A stretch of 62,897 bases of DNA, counting the filler, from a bacterium (GTDB lineage Bacteria > UBA9089 > CG2-30-40-21 > SBAY01), in the NCBI GenBank assembly GCA_040757115.1. It is 4 parts of 4 records of this genome, joined end to end, with 100 filler letters (N's around TTAATTAATTAA, not from the genome) between each part and the next. Parts side by side here need not be neighbours in the genome. Positions count along the whole stretch, not along the records: positions 15,974 to 31,599 come from JBFLYA010000082.1; 3 more parts are not named here. One strand, written 5' to 3'. Shown one piece after another: positions 19,924-30,814 of this stretch (positions are counted from its first letter, which is position 1; every line of letters begins with the position of its first letter). The notes beneath the pieces are model-generated. The model worked only from the letters and a program-made list of their open reading frames with translations, ran no database searches and was not told the origin of the DNA. A program made the position numbers and the translations under genes.

Positions 19924-20076
19924 AGGCACAGAGTTCACAGAGAATTAGAGAAATTAGCCACTGAAAAGTGAGGCTAAAGCCTCGCATACAAATCTTTTTA
20001 TTATTCGTGTTCATTCGTGGTTATATATTCCCTCTGTGTTCTCTGTAACTCTGTGGCTATATCCCTGAACGGTTAC
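19906..20076. mobile_element. MITE-like element (GTAACCGTTCA...TGAACGGTTAC)
   Basis: 11-bp TIRs; near-perfect 8-bp flanking duplication TAAAAAAG/TGAAAAAG; supplies the stop codon of the TPR gene. Confidence 0.75.
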
Positions 20077-20369
20077 TGAAAAAGGAATATAGGATAAAAA
20101 AATAAATAATGCAGGCAATAAATTACCAGGCTAATAATTTAAAAAATCGTAACTGTTCAGCCACTGATTAACACAGATTGACACGGATAAAATAGATTAT
20201 CAAAGTAGCATTTAAAGTGGAGTAAGCGTTCAGCCGTGTCCCTCAGATGGGACAATATCAACTCAAAACTCAAATGTCAAAACTCAAAACTTCATCTCAA
20301 AACCTTAAAACTAATAGATTTATTGCGACTGATGGAGAAGCTTTTAATTGTAGTTTTGAGCTTTGCTTC

Positions 20370-20545
20370 ATTTAATGTCCCATAGGGACAACATATCGGT
20401 AGAAATAAATATCATACAAATAATGTCCCGTAGGGACAATATATCGGTAAATGGCTTTCCATAAATTTTCTACCAATATATCGTTCCTACGGAACTGATT
20501 GATTTATCTATCTATTCCTACCGATATTATGTTCCTAACGGAACG
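20370..20545. repeat. REP-like palindrome cluster
   Basis: GTCCCATAGGGAC and GTCCCGTAGGGAC followed by ATATCGGTA, then inverted partners GTTCCTACGGAAC and GTTCCTAACGGAAC. Confidence 0.6.
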
Positions 20546-20627
20546 ATTATTCTCATACCTTATTTATGGGTATTATCCTATGTAGACTTCCAGTTAATAA
20601 CCGCTATACAACAAAAGTAAAAAACCT

Positions 20628-20656
20628 TTGACTTTTACAGAATTATCTGCTATAAT
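20628..20656 (+). promoter_or_regulatory. Sigma70-type promoter of the rpn gene
   Basis: TTGACT-17 bp-TATAAT with extended -10 TG. Confidence 0.65.
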
Positions 20657-20671
20657 ACCAGTAAGATAAAA

Positions 20672-21652
20672 ATGGGGCAGGAGAAAATAAAGATGGAGAT
20701 ATCCAATCCGCATGATGCCTTTTTTAAAGAGGTGTTTTCCAATAAAGAGAATGCAGATGATTTTATCAATGCTACCTTACCAGAAGATTTGAAGAAAAAT
20801 CTGGATTTGTCAACATTGGAATTGGATAATAATTCTTATATCGATGAGGAACTAAAGGAGAACTTTTCGGATATCGTCTATAATTGCTTCTATATTGGTA
20901 AGAGCAAGATAAAGATTTCACTTTTATTTGAACATAAGAGTTATGTAGTGAAATATCCACATCTTCAGATTCTAAGGTATATGCTGAAGATATGGCAGAC
21001 TAATATCAAGCAGAAAGAAAAATTAATTCCTATTATTCCTATTATTTTCTACCACGGCAAGGACAAATGGCATTTAAGGGAGCTAAGTAGTTATTTTGAA
21101 GGGTTTGATGAGGTATTAGGCCGTTATATCCCAGATTTTGATTATTTATTGACTGATTTATCGGGTTATAGTGATGAAGATTTAAAGGGAAGGATATTTT
21201 TAAATATTGGTTTACGGATTACATGTTTAATGATGAAAAATATCTTTGATGAGGGAAAGGTAAGGGAACATTTAGAGGAATTTTTAGCGATAGGGAAGAT
21301 GTATTATGAACAGGAGAAGGGATTAAAGTTTTTAGAAGGGGTAATAAGGTATATCTACAATAGCACTGAGATTAAGATAGAGGAAGTAATTGAAGCAACT
21401 AAGAAGATTTCTGCAAAAGGAGGTGCAGTAGCAATGACTACAGCAATGAGATTAAGGCAAGAAGGATTACAACAAGGGGTACAACAAGGCTTACAACAAG
21501 GAATACAACAAGGCTTACAACAGGGTGCATACAACAAGGCGATAGAAACTGCTAAGTCTATGTTCCGCAAAGGGTTTAATCTTGAGGTGATTGCTGAAAT
21601 CACAGGACTTACAAAAGAAGATTTGAAAAGGCTTGTTAATGAAAAACACTAA
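20672..21652 (+). CDS. Rpn family PD-(D/E)xK nuclease / putative transposase (YhgA-like)
   Basis: NPHDAFFK, FSDIVY, LLFEHKS, PIIFYHG, C-terminal GxQQ repeats and IAEITGL HTH tail. Confidence 0.92.
   Translation: MGQEKIKMEISNPHDAFFKEVFSNKENADDFINATLPEDLKKNLDLSTLELDNNSYIDEELKENFSDIVYNCFYIGKSKIKISLLFEHKSYVVKYPHLQILRYMLKIWQTNIKQKEKLIPIIPIIFYHGKDKWHLRELSSYFEGFDEVLGRYIPDFDYLLTDLSGYSDEDLKGRIFLNIGLRITCLMMKNIFDEGKVREHLEEFLAIGKMYYEQEKGLKFLEGVIRYIYNSTEIKIEEVIEATKKISAKGGAVAMTTAMRLRQEGLQQGVQQGLQQGIQQGLQQGAYNKAIETAKSMFRKGFNLEVIAEITGLTKEDLKRLVNEKH
21434..21652 (+). CDS. Probable internally translated small Rpn (antitoxin-like C-terminal protein)
   Basis: In-frame ATG at 21434 preceded by the strong SD AAGGAGGT. 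Confidence 0.6.
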   Translation: MTTAMRLRQEGLQQGVQQGLQQGIQQGLQQGAYNKAIETAKSMFRKGFNLEVIAEITGLTKEDLKRLVNEKH

Positions 21653-22122
21653 ACTATAGGCAGACCTGTGGGGTGCATTTTATGCACCCTACCTTTGTGC
21701 TTCTGTGCCTTTGTGCCTGATATAGACTTATACCATTCCCCCAAATGAGTGACCTATTACAATCCCTGTAACAAAAGTTTCCACCTGTGCGATTAGACTA
21801 ATTCATCGCAGAGACGCAAAGGAAAAATAAATGTAAAATGTAAAATAGGAAATGAAAAATGGGAAATTTTAGTACTTCACAAGACTCATTACCTTTCAGT
21901 TATACATTTTCATTTTACATTATCCATTTTACATTTAACCACACAGGTCGATAAATTTCAATGTGGAAAGATTGAAAGAAGGCATAAAAAGATTTGTCTT
22001 GTCCAATCTTCGTGTCCTTCGTGCTCTTCGTGGTGAATAGTTACCAAAAATCAATGTTTCATCCGTATCTATCTGTGGCTGAATAATTACAAAAAATCTA
22101 TAGAAATTCTTAACCGATTACT

Positions 22123-23202
22123 ATGAATAAATGGATTGAAATTAATCTAACAAATATAACACATAATATCAACCAGGTCCGTAAATTAGTCGGCGAGGGA
22201 GTAGAGATAATGCCTATTGTCAAAGCTAATGCCTATGGCCATGGGGGTATTGAAGTTGCAAAAACGGTCATAGAAGCAGGGGCAAATAGATTAGGTGTGG
22301 CATCTCTGAATGAAGGGATAGAACTCCGAGCCGCTGGAATAACTGTTCCTATCTTAGTTTTATCTCCTCTTGAATCTAATCAACTTCAACAAGCGATTGA
22401 TAACCAATTAACATTGACCATTTCAAGTCTTTCTGACCTTAAAAATTTATTCAACCAATCAATAAAAATTCATCTTAAGATAGATACTGGTATGGGCAGA
22501 CTTGGAATTCAGTGTAACGAAATAAATGAGTTAATTGAAATCATAAAATCATCTCATTTACAAATAGAAGGTATTTTTTCTCATTTTGCTCAGGCGGATG
22601 TGGATGATAAATCATATACCTATAAACAATTTAGTAAATTTCAAGAGGTAGTAAAGAACATCTCTGCGTCAGGAATAGATATTCCGATAAAACATATCTC
22701 AAACAGTGCCGCAATAATAAGATTTAAGGAGATGCACTTAAATTTAGTCAGACCAGGCATTATGATTTATGGGCTTTACCCTGCACCGAATATCCCTAAA
22801 ATAGTGTCTCTCCGCCCGGCAATGACATTTAAAACTAAGATTATCCAATTGCGTAAAATCCCGCAAGGATATGGTATTTCCTATGGTTCAACTTACATCA
22901 CTCCTGAAGAAACACTCATCGCCACTATCCCGGTAGGTTATGCCGATGGTTATAACCGACTTTTATCTAATAAGGCACAGGCAGTAATTAAAGGAATTCG
23001 AGTGCCTATTGTAGGACGAATAACAATGGATTTTTGTATGCTAAATGTAAATAAAGTTCCGGATGTGGCAACTGGGGATGAAGTCATCTTATTTGGTGAA
23101 GACCCACAGGTAGATGAATTAGCACAAATCTGTCAGACAATCAACTACGAAATCGTCTGTGGCATAAATCTGCGTGTACCGCGGAGGTATTGCAGAGACT
23201 AA
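22123..23202 (+). CDS. alr: Alanine racemase
   Basis: VKANAYGHG PLP lysine motif, HLKIDTGMGRLG, PVGYADG, GRITMD. Confidence 0.97.
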   Translation: MNKWIEINLTNITHNINQVRKLVGEGVEIMPIVKANAYGHGGIEVAKTVIEAGANRLGVASLNEGIELRAAGITVPILVLSPLESNQLQQAIDNQLTLTISSLSDLKNLFNQSIKIHLKIDTGMGRLGIQCNEINELIEIIKSSHLQIEGIFSHFAQADVDDKSYTYKQFSKFQEVVKNISASGIDIPIKHISNSAAIIRFKEMHLNLVRPGIMIYGLYPAPNIPKIVSLRPAMTFKTKIIQLRKIPQGYGISYGSTYITPEETLIATIPVGYADGYNRLLSNKAQAVIKGIRVPIVGRITMDFCMLNVNKVPDVATGDEVILFGEDPQVDELAQICQTINYEIVCGINLRVPRRYCRD

Positions 23203-23264
23203 ACTTAGAAAAAAATGGGGTAGTGAAATAATAGGGTGATGCATTTAACATCAACACTCCCATA

Positions 23265-23447
23265 CTAGTGTCGTGTTGAACAAATAACGCACGGAATTTG
23301 ATTCTGGTAACTGGTGATTGGTAACTGGTAATTAAATACCGTTCGGCTGATCTCAGGACGAAACTATTTAACCAGTTACCAATTATCCGTTTGCAGGTTA
23401 TGAAATCTGATGATACGCCGTGCAAAATTTACTCAACACCACACTAG
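23265..23447. mobile_element. MITE-like element bounded by CTAG
   Basis: CTAGTGTCGTGTTGA...TCAACACCACACTAG inverted ends; the internal GGTAACT array recurs inverted at 47262-47305. Confidence 0.6.
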
Positions 23448-23461
23448 CAAAAGGACATAGA

Positions 23462-24322
23462 ATGATTTGGGTTATTTATTCATTAATCTCTGCCTTTTCT
23501 TCTGCAACAACAGATACACTTTCTAAAAAGGCAATGGAAAAAGAAAACCAATATTTAATTCTCTGGGTAAGATTGGTTTATTGCCTGCCTTTTCTTATGC
23601 CATTACTTATTTTTATCCAGATTCCTGAGTTAGATTTTGTTTTTTGGAGCACTATTTTACTCCTGTTACCATTTGAAATTATCGCTGAAATACTTTATGT
23701 TCAAGCAATAAAGATTTCGCCTCTATCATTGACTATTCCATTTCTTTCATTTACACCTGTATTTTTGATTTTTGTTTCTTTTTTTATTTTAGGTGAATTG
23801 CCTACAGTCATTGGAGTTATAGGGATTATCTTAGTAGCAATTGGAGGTTATACCTTAAATCTTCATCGGACTTCACAGGGTATATTAGAACCTTTAAAAG
23901 CCATAATTAAAGAAAAAGGTTCATTTTATATGCTCATTGTCTCTTTTATTTTCAGTATTACAGCGACTCTGGGCAAATTAGCGATTTTGCATTCAAGTCC
24001 AACATTTTTTGGCGCATTTTATTTCATCCTTTTAGGAACAGCCTTTACGCCTATTGCAATTGTCAAATCAAAGAAAAGATTTATTGACTTTTTCAAGATT
24101 TCCAGAAATTATTTTTTTATTGGTTTCTTCTTTGCAGTAATGGTCATTTGCCATTGTTTGGCAATTCAATTGGTTGAGGTTTCGTATATGATTTCTATCA
24201 AGCGGGCAAGTCTAATCTTCAGTGTTATCTATGGCTGGTTAATCTTTAAAGAAGAAAATATCAAAGAAAGATTCTTTGGAACTTTACTGATGATAATCGG
24301 GATGGTCTTGATTATACTGTAA
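23462..24322 (+). CDS. EamA/DMT family transporter
   Basis: About ten hydrophobic helices; AIKISPLSLTIPFLSFTP, ILGE, ISIKR motifs; ATG after SD AAAGGA. Confidence 0.9.
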   Translation: MIWVIYSLISAFSSATTDTLSKKAMEKENQYLILWVRLVYCLPFLMPLLIFIQIPELDFVFWSTILLLLPFEIIAEILYVQAIKISPLSLTIPFLSFTPVFLIFVSFFILGELPTVIGVIGIILVAIGGYTLNLHRTSQGILEPLKAIIKEKGSFYMLIVSFIFSITATLGKLAILHSSPTFFGAFYFILLGTAFTPIAIVKSKKRFIDFFKISRNYFFIGFFFAVMVICHCLAIQLVEVSYMISIKRASLIFSVIYGWLIFKEENIKERFFGTLLMIIGMVLIIL

Positions 24323-24759
24323 GTCAGATGAATCAGACAAAGAAAAAGGGGAAACGGGGAAACGAAGAAAGGGAGAAATCTGTGTCCTCTGCGGTAAAAT
24401 CTTGCGGATATTTTCAGGGGAAACGGACATGAGCCAAGGCTCACAAAGGGCAATGAAAATGGGAGAAGGACAACCCCCTAACCCCCTTTATTAAGGGGGA
24501 ATATCTGTTCTACACCATAGGATATGAGTCTGTGGATACTATACTAATTCGCTAATCTCTAATTCACTAATTCGCTATTTTCAGGGGAAAGGAAGTTTCA
24601 CGCCAGGCATGCAAAGAACGCAAAGGAAAATAAGGGAAAAAATTACCTTTGCGTCCTTTGCGTGAAAAAACTATTTTCAGGTCACGAATTTTCAGTGTTT
24701 CATCTGTGTCCATCTGTGGCTGAATAGTTACAGAAATTATTAAGGTGGTGAATAAAATT

Positions 24760-25413
24760 ATGAACTCAAAAAATGAAATTGAAACACAAATAAAAGATTT
24801 AGTAAAAAAAGAAGGGATTGTGCTATGTGGTTATGCTAATCTGGAGAATGTCCAGCGTCCATTATTAGCCCAAAAACTAACTTATGGTATTTCCTTAGGC
24901 TATCGGCTTTCAGAGGTGATAATTGACGGCATAATTGATAGACCGACAAGAGACTATTTCCATCATTATCGCCAGATTAATCTTTTACTTGACCAGAGTG
25001 CATTAAAGGTAACCAGTTTTATTCAACAACAAGGTTACAATGCCTTACCCATTCCCGCGTCTCAAATTACCGATTGGAAAGAGATAAGAGGAAGTATTTC
25101 TCATAAATTAATTGCGGCTAAGGCTGGCGTAGCCTGGATAGGTAGAAGTTCATTAGCAGTTAGTCCAGATTATGGAGCGAGAATAAGATATGTCAGTATT
25201 TTGACAGATTTACCACTTTCAACTGGAAAACCGTTAGATTTTGATTGTGGGGATTGTCAAAAATGTCTTGCAATCTGTCCTTGTGGGGCAATTGGAGATA
25301 GTGCAGATAAATTTGACCGCAATAAATGCCTTGAGCAACTAAAAATCTTTGCTAAATCAGAGAATTTAGGCACGCATTACATCTGTGGGCTGTGTGTTAA
25401 AATTTGTAGGTAA
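24760..25413 (+). CDS. 4Fe-4S protein, epoxyqueuosine reductase/reductive dehalogenase-like
   Basis: SHKLIAAKAGVAWIGRS, YGARIR, CGDCQKCLAICP and CGLCVKIC clusters. Confidence 0.85.
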   Translation: MNSKNEIETQIKDLVKKEGIVLCGYANLENVQRPLLAQKLTYGISLGYRLSEVIIDGIIDRPTRDYFHHYRQINLLLDQSALKVTSFIQQQGYNALPIPASQITDWKEIRGSISHKLIAAKAGVAWIGRSSLAVSPDYGARIRYVSILTDLPLSTGKPLDFDCGDCQKCLAICPCGAIGDSADKFDRNKCLEQLKIFAKSENLGTHYICGLCVKICR

Positions 25414-25592
25414 ACCGTAAAAAGAGGATGTGGCGATAAAAATAATGACAAAATTTGCATTCTTCCCTCATTGCTCATTCCCAAATTTAGTCAGTGGCAA
25501 ACTTTCAAACAAAAGTGAACCATTCCCTTGTTCCTTTGTTTCCTTGCTCCCTTGTTAAATTTGTAAAATTCGTGTATTTGTGTAAATTTCTC

Positions 25593-25621
25593 TTGACAAT
25601 CTGTTTATTTTAATATACAAT
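25593..25621 (+). promoter_or_regulatory. Sigma70 promoter of the tRNA cluster
   Basis: TTGACA-17 bp-TACAAT just upstream of tRNA-Leu. Confidence 0.7.
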
Positions 25622-25632
25622 ATAATCTGGTA

Positions 25633-25721
25633 GCCGAGATGGCGGAATTGGCAGACGCACCGGACTTAAAATCCGGTGGAAATTTATTTCCGTGCCGGTT
25701 CAAGTCCGGCTCTCGGCACCA
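25633..25721 (+). tRNA. tRNA-Leu(TAA)
   Basis: GCCGAGA acceptor stem, CCGGA-CTTAAAA-TCCGG anticodon arm, long variable arm, GGTTCAAGT T-loop, CCA end. Confidence 0.96.
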
Positions 25722-25774
25722 GTTTGGTAAATAGTAATTGGTAACCATTTACTATTTACCATTTACCAATACAT

Positions 25775-25849
<75 letters not shown>

Positions 25850-25920
25850 GAAAAGAAGTAGAAAGAAGAGAGTAGAAAGTAGAGAGAGAGGAATCTAACA
25901 AAGACTGAGACAAAAAATCT

Positions 25921-26160
25921 GTAACCGTTCAGGTAATCCTTTACCGCAGAGACGCAGAGAAACAGAGAGGAAAATATCTTTTTTTCGTATTTTTCTCGCA
26001 TTTTTCGCTGTTTAAAAAGGCTTAAAAACAGTTAGTCAAAAGTAAGTATTAAAAGATTAATAAACAACGAAAGACCCGAAATGCACACAAAAAAAGGAAA
26101 TTTCTGTCTCTGGTGAATAGATTTTAATTTTTTCTCTGCGTCTCTGCGGTGAACGGTTAC
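25921..26160. mobile_element. MITE-like element (GTAACCGTTCA TIR) between tRNA genes
   Basis: TIRs plus an exact 8-bp target duplication AAAAATCT; right half also present at ~16095-16213. Confidence 0.85.
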
Positions 26161-26204
26161 AAAAATCTCTCTACTTTCTACTCGCTACTCTCTACTTTTT
26201 AATT

Positions 26205-26281
26205 GGCGGTGTAGCTCAGCTGGTCAGAGCAACGGAATCATAATCCGTGTGTCCGGGGTTCGAATCCCTGCGCCGCTACCA
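26205..26281 (+). tRNA. tRNA-Met(CAT), elongator type
   Basis: GGCGGTG acceptor stem, ACGGA-ATCATAA-TCCGT anticodon arm, GGTTCGAATC T-loop, CCA end. Confidence 0.92.
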
Positions 26282-26322
26282 GTAATTAATCTAATAACTG
26301 TTGATTCACAAAGGAAATTTTT

Positions 26323-27039
26323 ATGGATATAACAGAGTTTAGTATAAGAATTTTGCTTCTTTTCTTTCCAGGGATAATCTGTTCATATATCGTCGATACA
26401 TTTACAATACATAAACCACGAGAACCATTTTTCTTTTTGCTTCAGTCTTTTGTTTTTGGATTATCGTCATATTTCTTATTTTGGGTAGTACTTCCAATAT
26501 ATAATTTCATGGGGATTAAAGTGGGACTTTGGGACTCTAAGTCAGAAGTCGTATTTCTTAGAGCACTTATTGATGACAATATTCACATTTCCTATTATGA
26601 AATAGTATGGGTTTGTTTTGTGGCAATTATTCTGGGATTAATTATTACTGCAATTGAAACCTACAAGATTCACTTTCGGTTGGTTAAGGGTTTAAGGATT
26701 ACTAAAAAATTTGGTGAATTGGATGTATGGGGCTATTCCCTTAACGCAAAAGATATTGAATGGGTAACTGTTAGAGATATAGAGAAAGATTTAGTTTATG
26801 ATGGATGGGTTCAATCTTTCTCTGATGATTCAAAGGATGCGGAACTGCTTCTTCGTGATGTTTCTGTTTATAGTAATTTAGAAGCTAAACCTTTATATCA
26901 AGTTGGAGCAATGTATATTTCAAGGAAGCGTGATGATATTACCATAGAGTTTAGAACAATTCCTATTACTGAGAATATAAAATGGAAGGAGGGGAAAGAA
27001 GATGAAGGAAATAAAACCAATCCCGAAGCCACTGAATGA
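26323..27039 (+). CDS. Membrane protein, DUF6338-like
   Basis: LLLFFPG start, three TM segments, DVW...WVTVR...YDGWVQSFSD...ELLLRDV soluble domain. Confidence 0.7.
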   Translation: MDITEFSIRILLLFFPGIICSYIVDTFTIHKPREPFFFLLQSFVFGLSSYFLFWVVLPIYNFMGIKVGLWDSKSEVVFLRALIDDNIHISYYEIVWVCFVAIILGLIITAIETYKIHFRLVKGLRITKKFGELDVWGYSLNAKDIEWVTVRDIEKDLVYDGWVQSFSDDSKDAELLLRDVSVYSNLEAKPLYQVGAMYISRKRDDITIEFRTIPITENIKWKEGKEDEGNKTNPEATE

Positions 27040-27145
27040 AGGAATGATAAAAAAGGGAGGTGTAAACTTACCACCCAAAACACCACCACCACCACCACCT
27101 TCAGGGCAGGGTAGTAAATCTCATCCTATTGGAAAAAAAAGTTAA
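27002..27145 (+). CDS. 47-aa proline-rich basic peptide
   Basis: MKEIKPIPKPLNEGMIKKGGVNLPPKTPPPPPPSGQGSKSHPIGKKS; SD AAGGAGG upstream; overlaps the end of the preceding gene. Confidence 0.55.
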   Translation: MKEIKPIPKPLNEGMIKKGGVNLPPKTPPPPPPSGQGSKSHPIGKKS

Positions 27146-27320
27146 AAGAAAAGAGTTTAATCGTATTAGATTTAATCCAAAAGTAATGGGTGGATGTAGA
27201 GGTAGCCGAAGGATACATATTACTGTTTCTCTGAGTGCTAATGGTATAAAGAGTGAGGATGTGCTCCGAGATTTCGGTAGATGGAAAATCCAAAACCCCT
27301 AATTTTTACGATTTTAATCC

Positions 27321-28679
27321 ATGATTGAAAAGGTAGAAAAAATTATTATTCAATATCATATGCTTGATGAAGAAGATAAAGTAGTCATTGGAATTTCTGG
27401 AGGGCCTGATTCGGTTGCTCTTTCACATATCCTCTCAAGATTACAAAAAAAATATAAATTAACACTTTATCTGGCTCACTTAAATCATTTATTAAGAAAA
27501 GAGGCAAAACAAGAGGCTTTATTCGTAAAAGAAATAGCAAAATCACTGAAATTACCTATTGTTACCGCAGAAATAGACATTTTGCAGGATACTTCAAAAA
27601 ATTTCTCCATCCAGCAAAAAGCCCGTAAAGTTAGATATGAATTCTTAATTCAAACCGCAAAAACACTAAATGCGAATAAAATTGTCTTAGCCCATCATCA
27701 TGATGATAATTTTGAAACTAAACTTATGTGGTTAATCCGTGGATGCGGAGCAACAGGAATAAAAGGAATTCCACCTGTACGGAAAATTGATGAACAACTT
27801 TATATCATTCGACCATTAATAAAAATTACAAAACAAGAAATCATAGATTACCTTAAATCTCATAATCTATCATTTAAAACAGATACATCTAATCTGAAAA
27901 CAGATTATTTACGCAATAAAATCCGATTAAAATTATTACCAAAACTACAAGAGTATAACCCAAAGATAAAAGAGGTATTAGATAAATTATTTACTTTGTG
28001 GGAAATAGATGATGAATATTTAGAGTTTTTATCAAAAGAAGAGAAGAATAAAGTTCTATCAGGAAAAAATAAGGTTGACTTAAAAAAATTTTCCTGCCTC
28101 CATCAATCTATTCAATCCCGTATCTTACGCCAAATGATTGAAGAAGTAAAAGGCGATTTACAAGGAATTACATTTAAACATATTGAGGCTATCTTAAATT
28201 TAATTAAAAATGGACCGGCGCAAGGAAGTTTGAATTTACCATTAAATATTAATATTCAAAGGGAATATGATACTTTAACTATTTATCACGGAGATAGAGT
28301 TGAGGAAAAAGGGGAAGAAAAATATTTAAAAGTTCCCGGGATAACCGTAATAGACGGCTTAAAAATAGAAACACAATTAATCCAGAAAATTTCTCTCTCT
28401 ACCGATTTATCTACTTACTTAGATTATGATAAAGTTCAATTACCATTATTACTTCGCCATCGAAAAAAAGGTGATAGATTTCATCCTTATGGAATGGTGG
28501 GAAGTAAAAAGATTAAAGATTTTTTTATGGATTTAAAGATTCCAAAAACAAAGCGAGACAAAATCTATCTTCTTGAGGATAAAGAAGGAATTATTTCGAT
28601 AATTGGACTTAATAGAATTGATGAACGAGTAAAGATTACAGATTTGACTAAAAATATATTAATGATAAAGGTGATTTAG
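27321..28679 (+). CDS. tilS: tRNA(Ile)-lysidine synthetase
   Basis: ISGGPDS PP-loop, LAHHHDD, IIRPL, DYLRNKIR; directly upstream of ftsH. Confidence 0.96.
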   Translation: MIEKVEKIIIQYHMLDEEDKVVIGISGGPDSVALSHILSRLQKKYKLTLYLAHLNHLLRKEAKQEALFVKEIAKSLKLPIVTAEIDILQDTSKNFSIQQKARKVRYEFLIQTAKTLNANKIVLAHHHDDNFETKLMWLIRGCGATGIKGIPPVRKIDEQLYIIRPLIKITKQEIIDYLKSHNLSFKTDTSNLKTDYLRNKIRLKLLPKLQEYNPKIKEVLDKLFTLWEIDDEYLEFLSKEEKNKVLSGKNKVDLKKFSCLHQSIQSRILRQMIEEVKGDLQGITFKHIEAILNLIKNGPAQGSLNLPLNINIQREYDTLTIYHGDRVEEKGEEKYLKVPGITVIDGLKIETQLIQKISLSTDLSTYLDYDKVQLPLLLRHRKKGDRFHPYGMVGSKKIKDFFMDLKIPKTKRDKIYLLEDKEGIISIIGLNRIDERVKITDLTKNILMIKVI

Positions 28680-28680
28680 A

Positions 28681-30543
28681 ATGAGTAAAGGTGTAAATTT
28701 AATTTTGTGGTTAATTTTTTTAATATTAGTTTTACCCTATCTACTTAAGACTTTTCAGACACCTCTTCCACCAGTACCTGACCGAATAAGTTATAGTGAG
28801 TTTTTAGACTTTGTAGAAAAAGGTAAAGTTCAGAATCTTAAGATTGTTGACCGGGATATTAAAGGGACATTTAAAGGAGACAAGCCATTTGTTACTTATA
28901 TACCTCATGAAGACCCTAACTTAATCAAATTTTTAGTTGAGCATAAGGTTTCTTTTGAAGGAGATAGTCCCGCAGAGGCAAAATGGTGGATGACACTACT
29001 CTGGTATTTAGGGACTCCTGTGTTTTTTTTCTTCCTCATCTGGTTTTTGTTATCTCAGCAAGTTGGAGGACCAAGGGGATTAACTCGTATAGCTACCTTT
29101 GGTCAAAGTCGGGCTAAATTTAATCCTAAGGAAAAAACGACAATCTCATTTAAAGATGTTGCGGGTGTAGATGAGGCAAAGGAAGAATTACAGGAGATAA
29201 TAGAATTTCTGCGTCAGCCAAAAAAATTCCAGAAACTCGGGGCTAAAATTCCCAAAGGCGTTCTTTTAGTTGGTCTTCCTGGAACAGGAAAAACATTATT
29301 AGCCAAAGCAGTTGCTGGTGAGGCTCAAGTGCCTTTTTTAAGTATCAGTGGCTCGGATTTTGTTGAAATGTTTGTTGGAGTAGGTGCATCCCGGGTGAGA
29401 AATTTATTTGACCAGGCTAAAAAACAGGTAACTTCTTCAAATAAAGGATGTATTATTTTTATTGATGAAATCGATGCAGTTGGCAGACAACGGGGGGCAG
29501 GACTGGGTGGAGGTCATGATGAACGAGAGCAAACTTTGAATCAATTATTAGTGGAAATGGATGGTTTTAACACCGGCGAAGGGGTAATATTGATTGCCGC
29601 CACGAATAGACCTGATGTCCTTGACCCAGCACTTCTTAGACCCGGTAGATTTGATAGACATATTACAGTTGATATTCCTGATTTACCCGGTCGGGAGGCA
29701 ATTCTTAAAGTCCATATGAAAAATGTTAAGGTAGCAAAAGAGGTGGATATAAAATTACTGGCACGCAGGACCTCAATGTTTGTTGGTTCAGACCTGGCAA
29801 ATTTAGTTAATGAAGCCGCTTTATTGGGTGCCAGAAGAAAGAAAAAAAGAATAGGAACAAAGGAATTTGAAGATGCAATTGAACGAATTATTGCTGGTCC
29901 AGAAAAGAAAAGTAAGGTTACTTCTGAAAGAGAAAAAAAGATTAAGGCATACCATGAAGCAGGACATACACTACTGGCTAAACTTATACCGAATAGTGAC
30001 CCGGTTCATAAAGTCTCAATTATACCTCGTGGCATTGCAGGAGGTTATACCCTTCAATTACCTACGGAAGATAAACATCTTTATACCCGCACTGAATTAT
30101 TAGATAAAATGGTTGTAGCACTTGGCGGAATGCAAGCAGAATTAATTAAATTTAACGATATGACCACTGGTGCCCAAAAAGATATTGAATGGACAACAGA
30201 TATTGCTCATAAAATGATTTGTGAATATGGAATGAGTGAGGAACTCGGTCCTATCGCCTTTGGAAGAAGAGACCAGGAGATATTCTTAGGCAGAGATTTC
30301 TTTAAAGAAAAAAATTATAGTGAACAGGTGGCATTTAAAATAGATACCGAAATCCATAATCTTATAAATTCCTGTAATAAAAAGGCTAAAGAATTATTAC
30401 TCGAAAATAACGATAAACTTGACCGCCTGGCAAATGCCTTAATCGAAAAAGAAACATTAGAATCCCACGAAATAGAGGAAATACTTAAAGATGCTCACGA
30501 AATTAAAAACGTAACTATTCAACCACTGATTAACACAGATTAG
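28681..30543 (+). CDS. ftsH: ATP-dependent zinc metalloprotease FtsH
   Basis: Two TMs, [40 protein letters not shown]. Confidence 0.98.
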   Translation: MSKGVNLILWLIFLILVLPYLLKTFQTPLPPVPDRISYSEFLDFVEKGKVQNLKIVDRDIKGTFKGDKPFVTYIPHEDPNLIKFLVEHKVSFEGDSPAEAKWWMTLLWYLGTPVFFFFLIWFLLSQQVGGPRGLTRIATFGQSRAKFNPKEKTTISFKDVAGVDEAKEELQEIIEFLRQPKKFQKLGAKIPKGVLLVGLPGTGKTLLAKAVAGEAQVPFLSISGSDFVEMFVGVGASRVRNLFDQAKKQVTSSNKGCIIFIDEIDAVGRQRGAGLGGGHDEREQTLNQLLVEMDGFNTGEGVILIAATNRPDVLDPALLRPGRFDRHITVDIPDLPGREAILKVHMKNVKVAKEVDIKLLARRTSMFVGSDLANLVNEAALLGARRKKKRIGTKEFEDAIERIIAGPEKKSKVTSEREKKIKAYHEAGHTLLAKLIPNSDPVHKVSIIPRGIAGGYTLQLPTEDKHLYTRTELLDKMVVALGGMQAELIKFNDMTTGAQKDIEWTTDIAHKMICEYGMSEELGPIAFGRRDQEIFLGRDFFKEKNYSEQVAFKIDTEIHNLINSCNKKAKELLLENNDKLDRLANALIEKETLESHEIEEILKDAHEIKNVTIQPLINTD

Positions 30544-30814
30544 CACGGATAAATAGCAGAGGACAGATGAGAAACGGGGAAACGGAGAAAGGGAGAAGGA
30601 GAGGAGACTCAAGGCACTATACCTAAATTTTTGGTGGTGTCTGAAGATAACGCTAATAGTGAAATCTATGCAGATTTGGTGTCCAAAAGGGGATAAGGAG
30701 ATAAAGGGAGATATGGAGATTATTTATTGTAATTTGCAAAATTTTAGAATGAATTTATCTCCTTATCTCCATAATCCCCATATCTCCTTTTCTTACACTA
30801 TTTCAACCTTTATG

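Noticed and set aside
26205-26281. tRNA-Ile2 (suggested by the nearby tilS)
   Set aside because: The acceptor stem GGCGGTG resembles elongator tRNA-Met rather than Ile2; a tRNAscan-SE isotype model would settle it
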